A DNA stretch of 64,000 nt, taken from assembly GCA_965204495.1 (NCBI GenBank), contig OZ241989.1, positions 2,342,605 to 2,406,604 of the forward strand, given 5' to 3'. The stretch comes from Candidatus Hopanoidivoransaceae bacterium. GTDB taxonomy: Bacteria > Actinomycetota > Acidimicrobiia > Acidimicrobiales > Hopanoidiivorantaceae. The translations under genes and the position numbers were made by a program. This document shows positions 13,288-20,991 of the stretch, one piece after another (within the stretch, counting starts at the first letter, position 1; each line of letters starts with the position of its first letter). Below the pieces are notes generated by a model that worked only from the letters and a program-made list of their open reading frames with translations, did not search any database and was not told where the DNA came from.

Positions 13288-13738
13288 GCTTCCACTATAG
13301 CAGAAACCGACAGGCTCGGCATCTCCTGCTCTGAAAAAAATACTTGACAGCATCTGAGACGGCGAACGAGCATTTGCCGCCTTCAGCCTCTGCGAAGCTT
13401 CGCGGCTGCTGGGACGAACATCAACAGCACAGCCTCTGTTTCCAGTCGGCCCACCAGCATCAGGGCGGCTAGCAGCAGTCGGGTAGATCGCCGGCTGAAC
13501 GCCCGTGCTGAAGTCATGGAATTCGTCCCTCAACTCCTTTGTCACAACCTGCCAGTTAGCGTTGCTATTCGTATCTGTTCCTTATGATAACAAATCCTTC
13601 ACACTCTTCTCGCAGAGTGGCTGCGTATTTGCCAGCCTGTCTGTCGTTCAAATATCTGGGTATGTAGGCAACAATATGACCTTAGTAGTTTTCGTTATCT
13701 GGTTCATCTGGAAGACACAAACCTGAGTTATCTTCATG

Positions 13739-14281
13739 TCAAGCAGCTTCGGCGAAAAACATTTCTATCTTTGCAGCTATATCTTGCCACGCATTTTTGC
13801 TGCCATCAGATATAGAAAGCCCTCCCTCCTCGTGTCTGTCATCGTCCAGATAATAGCCAACCCAAGAAGCCGCTTTTTTCGCCGGGCATACTTCAAGCCT
13901 GAAAGTTTTACGCGCTCCGCTCCACTCTGCAGCAAACCCGCCGTTCTCCTCCTGATCCAAGCACACGGACACACCGCCGAGTCGACAGGTTACGCCAAGC
14001 AGCCTCAATCCGCCTGTCCGCACAAACCATCCCATGTCAGAGTCGGACACCGGGGTGTAATATCTCCGCGGATCTGGGCTGCCCAGACTTTCCAGCGCGA
14101 CAAGCGTAGGCTTCGGCAAGGCAAAGATTTCGTAGCCCTCGCCCTCTCTGAGAGTATTTTTTGAGGAATCTATAACTGTCATCGGAAACGCTTTCTCCCT
14201 TGCGACCACTTGCTCCCCATTATACAGGATGCTTGTCACTTCTGCCGCACTTCGCAAAACACCAGAAAATGCCGCTCCCAA
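13739..14281 (-). CDS. Hypothetical protein (180 aa)
   Basis: A long ORF in the island orientation. No motif recognised. A pilin-gene 5' fragment (14293-14350) lies just upstream. Confidence 0.45.
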   Translation of the reverse strand: MGAAFSGVLRSAAEVTSILYNGEQVVAREKAFPMTVIDSSKNTLREGEGYEIFALPKPTLVALESLGSPDPRRYYTPVSDSDMGWFVRTGGLRLLGVTCRLGGVSVCLDQEENGGFAAEWSGARKTFRLEVCPAKKAASWVGYYLDDDRHEEGGLSISDGSKNAWQDIAAKIEMFFAEAA

Positions 14282-14321
14282 TGCGAAGACGAGGTTGGCT
14301 TCACACTGTTGGCTTCACACT

Positions 14322-14837
14322 TCAGACACTCATAGCCGCAGAAGCCGCCATGTCTCTCGCTCTGGCTTTCGCTTCTGATACCAACTCCATCATCTCTTCC
14401 ATCTTCTCGTACGCACCCTGCGCCAGCCGACCAGCGAGCTCTTTGTCTCCAGCATCCTCCGCAGCGTCTTCTGCAGCATTCAGATCGCACATGGACTTAC
14501 TGGCGGCCGCTATGTCATCCGATGCGTCCAGCAAGCACGCCTCACTGAGGTAATCCAGATACGCCTGCTTAGCGTCTTCTCCGCTGACACGAATCTCGTA
14601 GTGCGCCAGAGTGTCGCAGAAATGCCGCCACGACAGCGGGGCATCCACCGTAGGGTTCAAAATCTTGTGCGCCGAACAGCAATAGTGAGGCTCCGGTCGG
14701 CCGTTGTCGCAGCCTGAGGCATTGCTTCCGCAAGCCAAAACCGCAGGGGCTTGCCTAGCTAGCCTCTCACGGATGTCATCCGACACACCAAAAGGAGCGA
14801 CCATCGTCCGCGATGTCATACTGGCAGTATAACTCAA
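14322..14837 (-). CDS. Hypothetical protein (171 aa, Cys-rich N-half, acidic helical C-half)
   Basis: ORF whose last codons (...AASAAMSV*) are supplied by the antisense of a pilin-gene 5' fragment (ggcttcacacttcagacactcat). No motif recognised. Confidence 0.45.
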   Translation of the reverse strand: MSYTASMTSRTMVAPFGVSDDIRERLARQAPAVLACGSNASGCDNGRPEPHYCCSAHKILNPTVDAPLSWRHFCDTLAHYEIRVSGEDAKQAYLDYLSEACLLDASDDIAAASKSMCDLNAAEDAAEDAGDKELAGRLAQGAYEKMEEMMELVSEAKARARDMAASAAMSV

Positions 14838-14868
14838 ACCTGATTGAAAGCGGCATCACATACTATTC

Positions 14869-15178
14869 GCAGCCGAGGTCGCCTTCACCCTTCAGACCCT
14901 CATAGCCCTAGCAGTGCCAGCACTCCCAGCCGCAGCGAGGATGCGGGATGCCGGCATTCACATTTCTGTGTAGAAACGAGACGCTTTCGGATGGGGTCTG
15001 AAGGTCACCGCAACATGATGTTTACACGGACCCTGAAATGTGAAGCTCTACAAACGGCAAGGCGAGCGGCTTGTCGCTGCCTGAGGAAAACATCGCCGAT
15101 ATCTACGGCCCGTTCTCCATGTCGGCTGAACAGGAGGCGGGCCGGGCGGCTAAACTCCAAAAAATCGGCGTTGGTTCC
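14869..15178. repeat. Composite junction without cargo: pilin 5' fragment, AlbA_2 3' end copy, left arm of the 930-bp repeat, and a trkH fragment
   Basis: 14869-14935 is gcagccgaggtcgccttcacccttcagaccctcatagcc (the GFTLQTLI-coding type). 14908-15020 is an AlbA_2 3' copy. 15021-15104 matches 12544-12628 and 19911-19995. 15132-15178 (aggaggcgggccgggcggctaaactccaaaaaatcggcgttggttcc) is like trkH 22180-22226. Confidence 0.8.
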
Positions 15179-15234
15179 TGCGTCTGACATCACCCTTCGC
15201 CCCCTGCTGAAGCAGCACCGACTAGCAGCCTCAG

Positions 15235-15564
15235 CTACTTTTTCCTTTTTCTTCTGCGAAGCCGTTTTTGCTTAGCAGGCATAGGCGGACTTGGATTTTC
15301 GCCATGCGGAGGAATTCCAGTTATTTCCCTCCAGCGAACAAGAATTTCTTCTTTGTTTCTATATCCCCAAGCCTGAATATGGTTGTGCAACTGCTCATTA
15401 GTGCGTCCCTTGCGGTGTTTCAGCGTCTGAATGCTGTATTCACAGATTTCGCGATTGTGCTCCCACACATGGAAATGAGCAGTGCCGTGATCTATTCTGT
15501 TGATGTAAAACCTATATTCTCGCCATTCGTATATCAATACTTTGCCACCCTCATCAGACCGCAT
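15235..15564 (-). CDS. DUF4160 family protein
   Basis: 109 aa. YRFYINRIDHGTAHFHVWEHNRE and HIQAWGYRNKEEILVRWRE match my memory of the DUF4160 signature (H..PHIHV; AWI..H..EL...W). It overlaps the upstream DUF2442 gene by 11 nt. Confidence 0.75.
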   Translation of the reverse strand: MRSDEGGKVLIYEWREYRFYINRIDHGTAHFHVWEHNREICEYSIQTLKHRKGRTNEQLHNHIQAWGYRNKEEILVRWREITGIPPHGENPSPPMPAKQKRLRRRKRKK

Positions 15565-16132
15565 GTCTCCGCCCTATCAGAAACGATTTCACTTTTTCAG
15601 ATGACAGCTCAATGACATCACGCCAGATGATGTCGCCCCAAGGAGCTACTTTAGTAACTCCGTCTGACACCTTGCCGAAATCTTCAGCAGGGAACTCTCT
15701 GCCTGTCTTCATGTCCTCTGTCGGACGGAAATTCCCCTTTGTGCCGTCAGGATATTCCACATAAAGCTCGCCCTCCGGCTTGTCGGCGACAAGCGAGGGT
15801 GCATCTACTGCCTCTTCAGGCGGATACAGATCCTTCAAGGGAACGCCAGTTATTTCACAATACAGCAGGTCGGCACAGACGCTTACCTCCCAATCGCCCC
15901 ACATCACCGTTCCGCCCTGTACACGGACACCTCGGAAATAACGGCGCGAACGCCATTTTTCAAAACCCTTGAGGCCTCTCAGATGCGACAAGTTAACGAT
16001 GCCTTCTGTTCCGTCTGTAAACCGCACAGCGATAGACCACCGCCCCGCAACGGAAACGGCATCCACTACCGGAACATACATCTCGTCTGTCGTTGTCACG
16101 CTGAATAGCTTAGCAGCAATTTCGCCTTGCAT
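15554..16132 (-). CDS. Tandem DUF2442-domain protein
   Basis: The ORF track starts at 16279, inside a pilin-leader remnant. I start at M50 (ATG 16132). VVDAVSVAGRWSIAVRFTDGTEGIVNLSHLRGLKGFEKW...VRVQGGTVMWGDWEVSVCADLLYCEITG is DUF2442-like. The second half (ELYVEYPDGTKGNF...APWGDIIWRD) is similar. Confidence 0.65.
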   Translation of the reverse strand: MQGEIAAKLFSVTTTDEMYVPVVDAVSVAGRWSIAVRFTDGTEGIVNLSHLRGLKGFEKWRSRRYFRGVRVQGGTVMWGDWEVSVCADLLYCEITGVPLKDLYPPEEAVDAPSLVADKPEGELYVEYPDGTKGNFRPTEDMKTGREFPAEDFGKVSDGVTKVAPWGDIIWRDVIELSSEKVKSFLIGRRHAV

Positions 16133-16224
16133 CACTTTGCAGCAAAGAAATACTGCCTCCGTCTCAGGACTGCGCCACCCGCTCCTGAAAGCACCAGACT
16201 GACTCCATCTACCCAGTCTGGCAA

Positions 16225-16330
16225 GAGTGCCCCCCCCCCGCTTAGCTGACAGCAGCGCAGAAGCCGCTCGCAATTCCAAGAGTGATGTCGGCTTTTCCCT
16301 TCAGGCCTTAACAGCCCTAGCAGTGTCAGC
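16225..16330 (+). pseudogene. 5' remnant of a pilin-like paralog (poly-C tract, leader, start of TM) fused to the AlbA_2 downstream region
   Basis: gtgCCCCCCCCCCgcttagctgacagcagcgcagaagccgctcgc...gatgtcggcttttcccttcaggccttaacagccctagcagtg parallels accCCCCCCCCCgctgttcagctgacaccagcgcagccgcaaccgctcac...gaactcggcttcacgcttcagacgctcatcgtc of paralog 2. Confidence 0.6.
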
Positions 16331-16366
16331 ACTCGCAGCCGCAGCGAGGAGGCAGGATGCCGGCAT

Positions 16367-17527
16367 TCACATGTCTGAGTAGAAACGAGACGCTTTCGGA
16401 TGGGGTCTGAAGGTCACCGCAACATGATGTCCGATGTCGACTATCTCAGGCGGCGGAGTGCCATGCGCTTCGCATTCCTCTCTCATCCGAGTTATCCCTG
16501 TGCCTGCTTTTTCCATCAAGTCGCCCCGCTGCATCAGATCGGCTAGCAGTTCGTTCCTCCGGACGCAAACACGAGCTATGTTCTCTTCGTTGACGCCTAA
16601 AGGGAAACCGCCTGGGCTTTTCACGCAAAGCCTGTCGCTGTGAAGTTCGAAGAACACATTCGCACCGCGCAAATTCCAGTCTCTGTGCACAACGGCGTTC
16701 ACCAAAGCTTCTCTCACGGCGTTCAAGGGATATTCAGGGATGTTCTCGCGGCGAGGCTTCCCTGTCATCACATAGGCAGTGTTCATGTGCCGCTCAAAAA
16801 GCTCCATAACGGCGTCAAACAGCAAAGACGCTGGCATCGCAAAATCTTCCCGCTTCACGATTCGGGTTCCGCTTGATCCGTTGAACAGCAGATATGTGAT
16901 CTGGCAGTGAGGTACGAATCTGCTAGGTTCCTCCGCGAACATCAGCACAGCGGCATTCCGCAACAAAAGACCGCTGCTGTGCTCCTCGGCTGCTGACAAT
17001 TTCGGCAGCAACTCCTCAGGCGGCATCTTAGCGGAAGCTGCCCCCAGCGAACTACGCCATGTCTCATAAGCACCGCTATTCATATCATCGGGGAAACCGA
17101 ATTCCCGACAAATTTTAGAATCAAAAGACGAGGGATTATAAACCGAGTTCATCTCCCTGACCTCTTTCTTCGACATTCTCACATTTTGCGTGCCTCTGCG
17201 AATGAAAAAGCCCCATTTGCACACAACAGGCTTCTCCGAACTTTCTTCCACCTCAGCCAGCAGACACCCTCCCAGCCTTTTCACATTCAGATGCACTGGA
17301 GGATCACAGGATCTGCTGTGCCCCTCAACTTTGGCCACAGTTCTGTTGTCGGTGTTCACACCAACAACGCTCCCGTCATCAGCGACACCAAGCACTATCG
17401 TGCCGCCCGATGCGTTGGCCATCCCGCATATGGATTTGGCCAAGTCTTTCGGGATAGACTGCTTGAACTCCAGAACTTGGCTCTCGCCCTGCCCTGTCAG
17501 GTCATCTATCTCGGCGTTGCTGCTCAT
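16367..17527 (-). CDS. AlbA_2 (Schlafen-like) domain protein with C-terminal ATPase-like/wHTH region
   Basis: 386 aa. GESQVLEFKQSIPKDLAKSICGMANASGGTIVLGVADDGSVVGV is the AlbA_2 signature as I remember it. The C-terminal part (REALVNAVVHRDW...GTGITRMREECE) is typical of the RecG-like/ATP-dependent DNA helicase-annotated regulators. Confidence 0.75.
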   Translation of the reverse strand: MSSNAEIDDLTGQGESQVLEFKQSIPKDLAKSICGMANASGGTIVLGVADDGSVVGVNTDNRTVAKVEGHSRSCDPPVHLNVKRLGGCLLAEVEESSEKPVVCKWGFFIRRGTQNVRMSKKEVREMNSVYNPSSFDSKICREFGFPDDMNSGAYETWRSSLGAASAKMPPEELLPKLSAAEEHSSGLLLRNAAVLMFAEEPSRFVPHCQITYLLFNGSSGTRIVKREDFAMPASLLFDAVMELFERHMNTAYVMTGKPRRENIPEYPLNAVREALVNAVVHRDWNLRGANVFFELHSDRLCVKSPGGFPLGVNEENIARVCVRRNELLADLMQRGDLMEKAGTGITRMREECEAHGTPPPEIVDIGHHVAVTFRPHPKASRFYSDM

Positions 17528-17785
17528 AATGCAATTTTAGCATGTCCGCCCGCTGATGCCCGCAATCTCGCCCATAAATTAGGCAGGCAATCCAATCCCA
17601 ATAGCAACTGGGCCTGGTAAACAGCCCCCCCCCCCTTGAAAACCAGCCTTGAAACCTGCAATCAGCCTCTGCGAAGCTTCGCCGCGCAGACTGCCCTCCT
17701 TCCTTTATCCGCCGCCACAGCCAAAGCAGCCAGTCAACCCCAGCGAAGCTTCGCCACGACAGGTGCAAACATCAACAGCACAGCA
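17460..17785 (-). repeat. Second copy of the AlbA_2 5'/upstream repeat (here attached to the intact gene)
   Basis: Aligns with 11531-~11848. It contains a C11 tract (17625-17635) and trkH stop-proximal-like sequence (17660-17683, aatcagcctctgcgaagcttcgcc) preceded by ttgaaaaccagccttgaaacc, which resembles the true trkH downstream spacer at 22060-22088. Confidence 0.8.
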
Positions 17786-18010
17786 CGACTTCTCCGTTGC
17801 CCTCAACCGCGGCTGCTACAACAGCCTTGCCCGTAAAGCACACATAAACCCAGCCCACCAACGCCTAGAACACCCATGGCAAAAACCGCCATGAGCCTAC
17901 AGCACGAGGAATTCGCAACATCATCTCAGCCTTCATATATAATTCCCTAAAATACGACTTGCTCACTCAGCAATTCCAACCGACTGCACAAGAAACGGAT
18001 ATCCCCGTCT

Positions 18011-18499
18011 ATGAAAACCGTTGAATCCCGCATTGACGATTTCCTCTCAGACACCGAGGGGCGACCCCTGCGTGTAGCCGTAGGCTATACGAGCGTCTGG
18101 GGCATAGCTTGGCTAGCACGCCGCACACAAGGCAGGCGGGTTGATTTGCTGATAGGAAACTGCAGCCCGCTCTACTTTAAAAATGCCACAGCTGAAGACA
18201 GACAGATGGCCTCGAAATTCCTAGATCGCAGCGATGTGCAGGTGAAGAACTGGTACAAGAGACGCGGAGGGGCAAAAGATATGAATGCTAAGGTCTGGAT
18301 ATCTAGAGACTCACATGACAGACGGAGATTGCTTTCAGGTTCAGCTAATTTGACTCGCAAAGGTTTGCGTGAGAATATTGAAGCGATAGGCGAGTATCGC
18401 GGAGAAGACCTGCAAAGGACAAGGCAGAACATCAACGAGATTTGCGACGACAAAGCTTGGGACGCAAAAGACAGACTGCGTGAGTATATAAATCGTTAG
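18011..18499 (+). CDS. Single-domain PLD/Nuc-like protein with a variant HKD motif
   Basis: 162 aa. DMNAKVWISRDSHDRRRLLSGSANLTRKGL resembles HxK(x)4D(x)6GSxN but has Asn where the catalytic His is expected. This is the only plus-strand gene in the island. TATATAAT lies ~70 nt upstream. Confidence 0.55.
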   Translation: MKTVESRIDDFLSDTEGRPLRVAVGYTSVWGIAWLARRTQGRRVDLLIGNCSPLYFKNATAEDRQMASKFLDRSDVQVKNWYKRRGGAKDMNAKVWISRDSHDRRRLLSGSANLTRKGLRENIEAIGEYRGEDLQRTRQNINEICDDKAWDAKDRLREYINR

Positions 18500-18821
18500 C
18501 CCGTGCTTGCTCCCGATGATGTTGCCTATGAGAAAAGAGACACCACTTTCGCTCTGCCACGCTCGCTAAGGTATGCGCCCCCTAGGAAAAACGACTGTCT
18601 GCCCACAGCAGCTTTCATCATGGGCAACCCAGTCTGCGCCACCCGACCCTAGTTGCTAGAAGGCAGATGCGTGCAAATGGGAAATTTTGGCAGTCAGACA
18701 TTGCGGCCGAAGCGATCCCTTATTTTGCGAATTCCGTCTATGGTTCCTCTGTAAACTCCTTCTTCAAGCCCAGATATAATTTGTGGCACTACGCTATTGG
18801 CGATTATTTGCTTATGTCTCT

Positions 18822-19451
18822 CTAGTTCGTCCTCCCTGCGGTAAGAGTTTCGTCTGCGATGGCGGCGAGAGCGGCTACTGCTCTTTCTCGTTTCACCGAC
18901 GGGAACATCTTCACGAAATCGTCCACGGTCTCCCCCGACATCAAGGATGTCAGCAAAGACGAAACGAATACTCTACTGCACGGGAACGAAGGCGCGCCAT
19001 GCAAAATACGCGGGTTTCTCTGAATCGCCGGCTCAACGACAACAGACGAGGGCTTGACTGGGCCAGGCGAAAGAGACGGGAACTCCCACGGTATTGCAGC
19101 TGTCTCAGCTGGAAGCTCCAATTCTTCCCCGAACAAACTCATAACGCTGTTCAAAGATTGAACAGACAACTCGCACGCCAACATATCAGACGGAATGCAC
19201 TCGCCGTCATTCTGCCATTTAATTCTCGGATCCGGCGAAATCAACCTAGCATCCAAAGCAGTCTCTCCGTCCCATGCAAATTCACAGCACAGAGGAAAGA
19301 ACAACTCTCTTTCCGTATCTAGGATCGCCGAGTGATCCGTCACTGCGCATTTCACAAGCCCCTGAGCTTTTGAACTAGCCTCGCTCGGCAAAAAATATCC
19401 CGAATCTAGCCAGAGCTTCAGACATGGTTTCCCCCACCCAAGACCCGACAC
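18822..19451 (-). CDS. Protein with a C-terminal DUF433-like domain
   Basis: 209 aa. NPRILHGAPSFPCSRVFVSSLLTSLMSGETVDDFVKMFPSVKRERAVAALAAIAD resembles DUF433 (dP.i..G.P...GTR..v..vl..l..G.s.eei...yP.l....i.aAL). The overlapping ORF 19375..19674 may be a frameshifted 5' part. Confidence 0.5.
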   Translation of the reverse strand: MSGLGWGKPCLKLWLDSGYFLPSEASSKAQGLVKCAVTDHSAILDTERELFFPLCCEFAWDGETALDARLISPDPRIKWQNDGECIPSDMLACELSVQSLNSVMSLFGEELELPAETAAIPWEFPSLSPGPVKPSSVVVEPAIQRNPRILHGAPSFPCSRVFVSSLLTSLMSGETVDDFVKMFPSVKRERAVAALAAIADETLTAGRTN

Positions 19452-19697
19452 TCCCGTTTTGGCTCTCCAGAGGAGGCGCGACTCTGATTTCCAAAGACGA
19501 ACGAAAACCAGCCCCAGAGCTCGCGTCGCATGCGAAAGACACGCCTACCTCGCGTACCGCACCATCTTGGCAGACATGATCCGCCGTCAACTCAACGAAG
19601 CAAATACTGCTGTGCTGTCCCATGAAAATAATCATACCACAATCCCGCTTCACCCCCACAGGCACTTTCTTCAAAGTCGCTGCTGGAGGCTCTGTTG

Positions 19698-19910
19698 AAG
19701 GCTAGCGGCAGGCGGGCCGAGTGAACTCCAAGAAATCGGCGTTGGGTCCCGCGTCTGACATCACCCTTCACCCCCTGCCGAAGCAGTGGCGAAACCGCTA
19801 GCAGCGCCAGCACCCCCAGCCGCAGCGGGGAGGCAGGATGCCCGCATTCACATGTCTGAGTAGAAACGAGACGCTTTCGGATGGGCTCTGAAGGTCACCG
19901 CAACATGATG
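19698..19910. repeat. Composite junction: trkH fragment, pilin 5'-like fragment, AlbA_2 3' end copy
   Basis: 19698-19749 (gaaggctagcggcaggcgggccgagtgaactccaagaaatcggcgttgggtcc) is like trkH 22170-22226. 19798-19910 is the fourth copy of the AlbA_2 3' end block. Confidence 0.8.
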
Positions 19911-20027
19911 TTTACACTGACCCTGAAAATGTGAAGCTCTACAAACGGCAAGGCGAGCGGCTTGTCGCTGCCTGAGGAAAACATCAGCGATATCTGATGA
20001 ACGCTGCGTTCAGATTATCTGAAATGT

Positions 20028-20336
20028 TTACTTCACCCATGCAACCTTGGTGAACTTGAGTCCGCTGACTGCCTTGTCATGGGCGGCGTCTAGTTCGTCG
20101 AACTTGATCGTCACCCAGCGTTCTATATCTTTGGCGAATCTTTCGTCGCCTTCTTCGTCTACATGGACATTGATGAACCTTTCGCCCCTTTTGTCTGTTC
20201 CCCATTCCACCCGATACAAAGATGAGCCACGCCGTTCTATGTGCATATGGCGGGTGCTTTTCCCTGGCGGATGGCGCCTCTCTTTTATGACATATCCCCG
20301 AAGTCCGCGCGGGAGGGTATCGCAAACGCAAGGCAT
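20028..20336 (-). CDS. DUF4160-like small protein (duplicate of 12661..12969)
   Basis: 102 aa, one substitution (Q/H) relative to copy A. Confidence 0.55.
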   Translation of the reverse strand: MPCVCDTLPRGLRGYVIKERRHPPGKSTRHMHIERRGSSLYRVEWGTDKRGERFINVHVDEEGDERFAKDIERWVTIKFDELDAAHDKAVSGLKFTKVAWVK

Positions 20337-20348
20337 CGTCAGATGCTG

Positions 20349-20654
20349 CTACGCAGGAACGGAAACCGTCTCAAAAGCCGAACGCCACTGCTCGTATGGC
20401 ATTTCTACAAGCTCCTCGGCGCAGAGAACGGGTGAGATGTGGCTGTCTTCTCCCCAGCAGGCCATCCCGGCATCTACTTTCCATCGGTTGAACCCTTCGG
20501 TGTCCCATTTGTCGCAGGGATGCCCCGTCCAGTCGGACATGTCTACCACGCCCGAGCGTCCGTCTTTCATCCACACATACAACTGCCTGCCCGTGGGCGC
20601 GGCCTCCACCGCTTTCACAGAGGGCAATTTAACTCGTGTTATAGTCGTTTTCAT
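20349..20654 (-). CDS. DUF2442 family protein (duplicate of 12982..13287)
   Basis: Identical 101-aa product from ATG 20654. The ORF-track extension to 20894 reads through the trkH fragment. Confidence 0.65.
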   Translation of the reverse strand: MKTTITRVKLPSVKAVEAAPTGRQLYVWMKDGRSGVVDMSDWTGHPCDKWDTEGFNRWKVDAGMACWGEDSHISPVLCAEELVEMPYEQWRSAFETVSVPA

Positions 20655-20898
20655 GCTTCCACTATAGCAGAAACCGACAGGCTCGGCATCTCCTGCTCTG
20701 AAAAAAATACTTGACAGCATCTGAGACGGCGAACGAGCATTTGCCGCCTTCAGCCTCTGCGAAGCTTCGCGGCTGCTGGGACGAACATCAACAGCACAGC
20801 CTCTGTTTCCAGTCGGCCCACCAGCATCAGGGCGGCTAGCAGAAGGCGGGCCGGGCGCAATGCTGATGCCCGCAGTGTGGCGAGCGGATAACACTGGC

Positions 20899-20984
20899 GG
20901 AAAAATTTATAACAAATGCTGCAATATAGCAAGAGATGTATATAATATATCTATTGCAGCTTTATTCCGACAGCATAAGGAGAT
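20899..20984 (+). promoter_or_regulatory. Conserved upstream block of pilin-like paralog 4
   Basis: ggaaaaatttataacaaatgctgcaat...gtaTATAATat...AAGGAGA. TATAAT is at 20941-20946. The SD at 20978-20984 lies 7 nt before ATG 20992. Confidence 0.4.
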
Positions 20985-20991
20985 GTCCGCA

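Larger units (their letters stand above)
12544..13475. repeat. ~930 bp direct repeat, copy A; carries the DUF2442/DUF4160-like pair and ends in a trkH 3' fragment
   Basis: Colinear with 19911-20842 at an offset of 7367 nt, with only a handful of mismatches seen by eye (e.g. tacCtgga vs tacAtgga). 13383-13475 is the trkH 3' end including the tca stop. Confidence 0.9.
19911..20842. repeat. ~930 bp direct repeat, copy B
   Basis: See copy A (12544-13475). The right end continues into a longer trkH fragment (20746-20858) that abuts the paralog-4 promoter block. Confidence 0.9.

Noticed and set aside
19375-19674. 99-aa ORF upstream of and overlapping the DUF433-like gene
   Set aside because: It overlaps 18822..19451 by 77 nt in another frame and has no motif. 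It is either spurious or the frameshifted 5' part of that gene. I did not report it as a separate gene.
10179-20858. CRISPR array or integron cassette array as an explanation for the repeats
   Set aside because: The repeats are long (50-930 bp), irregularly spaced and heterogeneous, and are recognisable pieces of neighbouring genes, so this is not a CRISPR array. No intI-like gene is present. I could not find attC-like inverted R''/L''-L'/R' cores (GTTRRRY). The only hairpin noted (ggcaaggcgagcggcttgtcgctgcc in the 85-bp block) lacks them.
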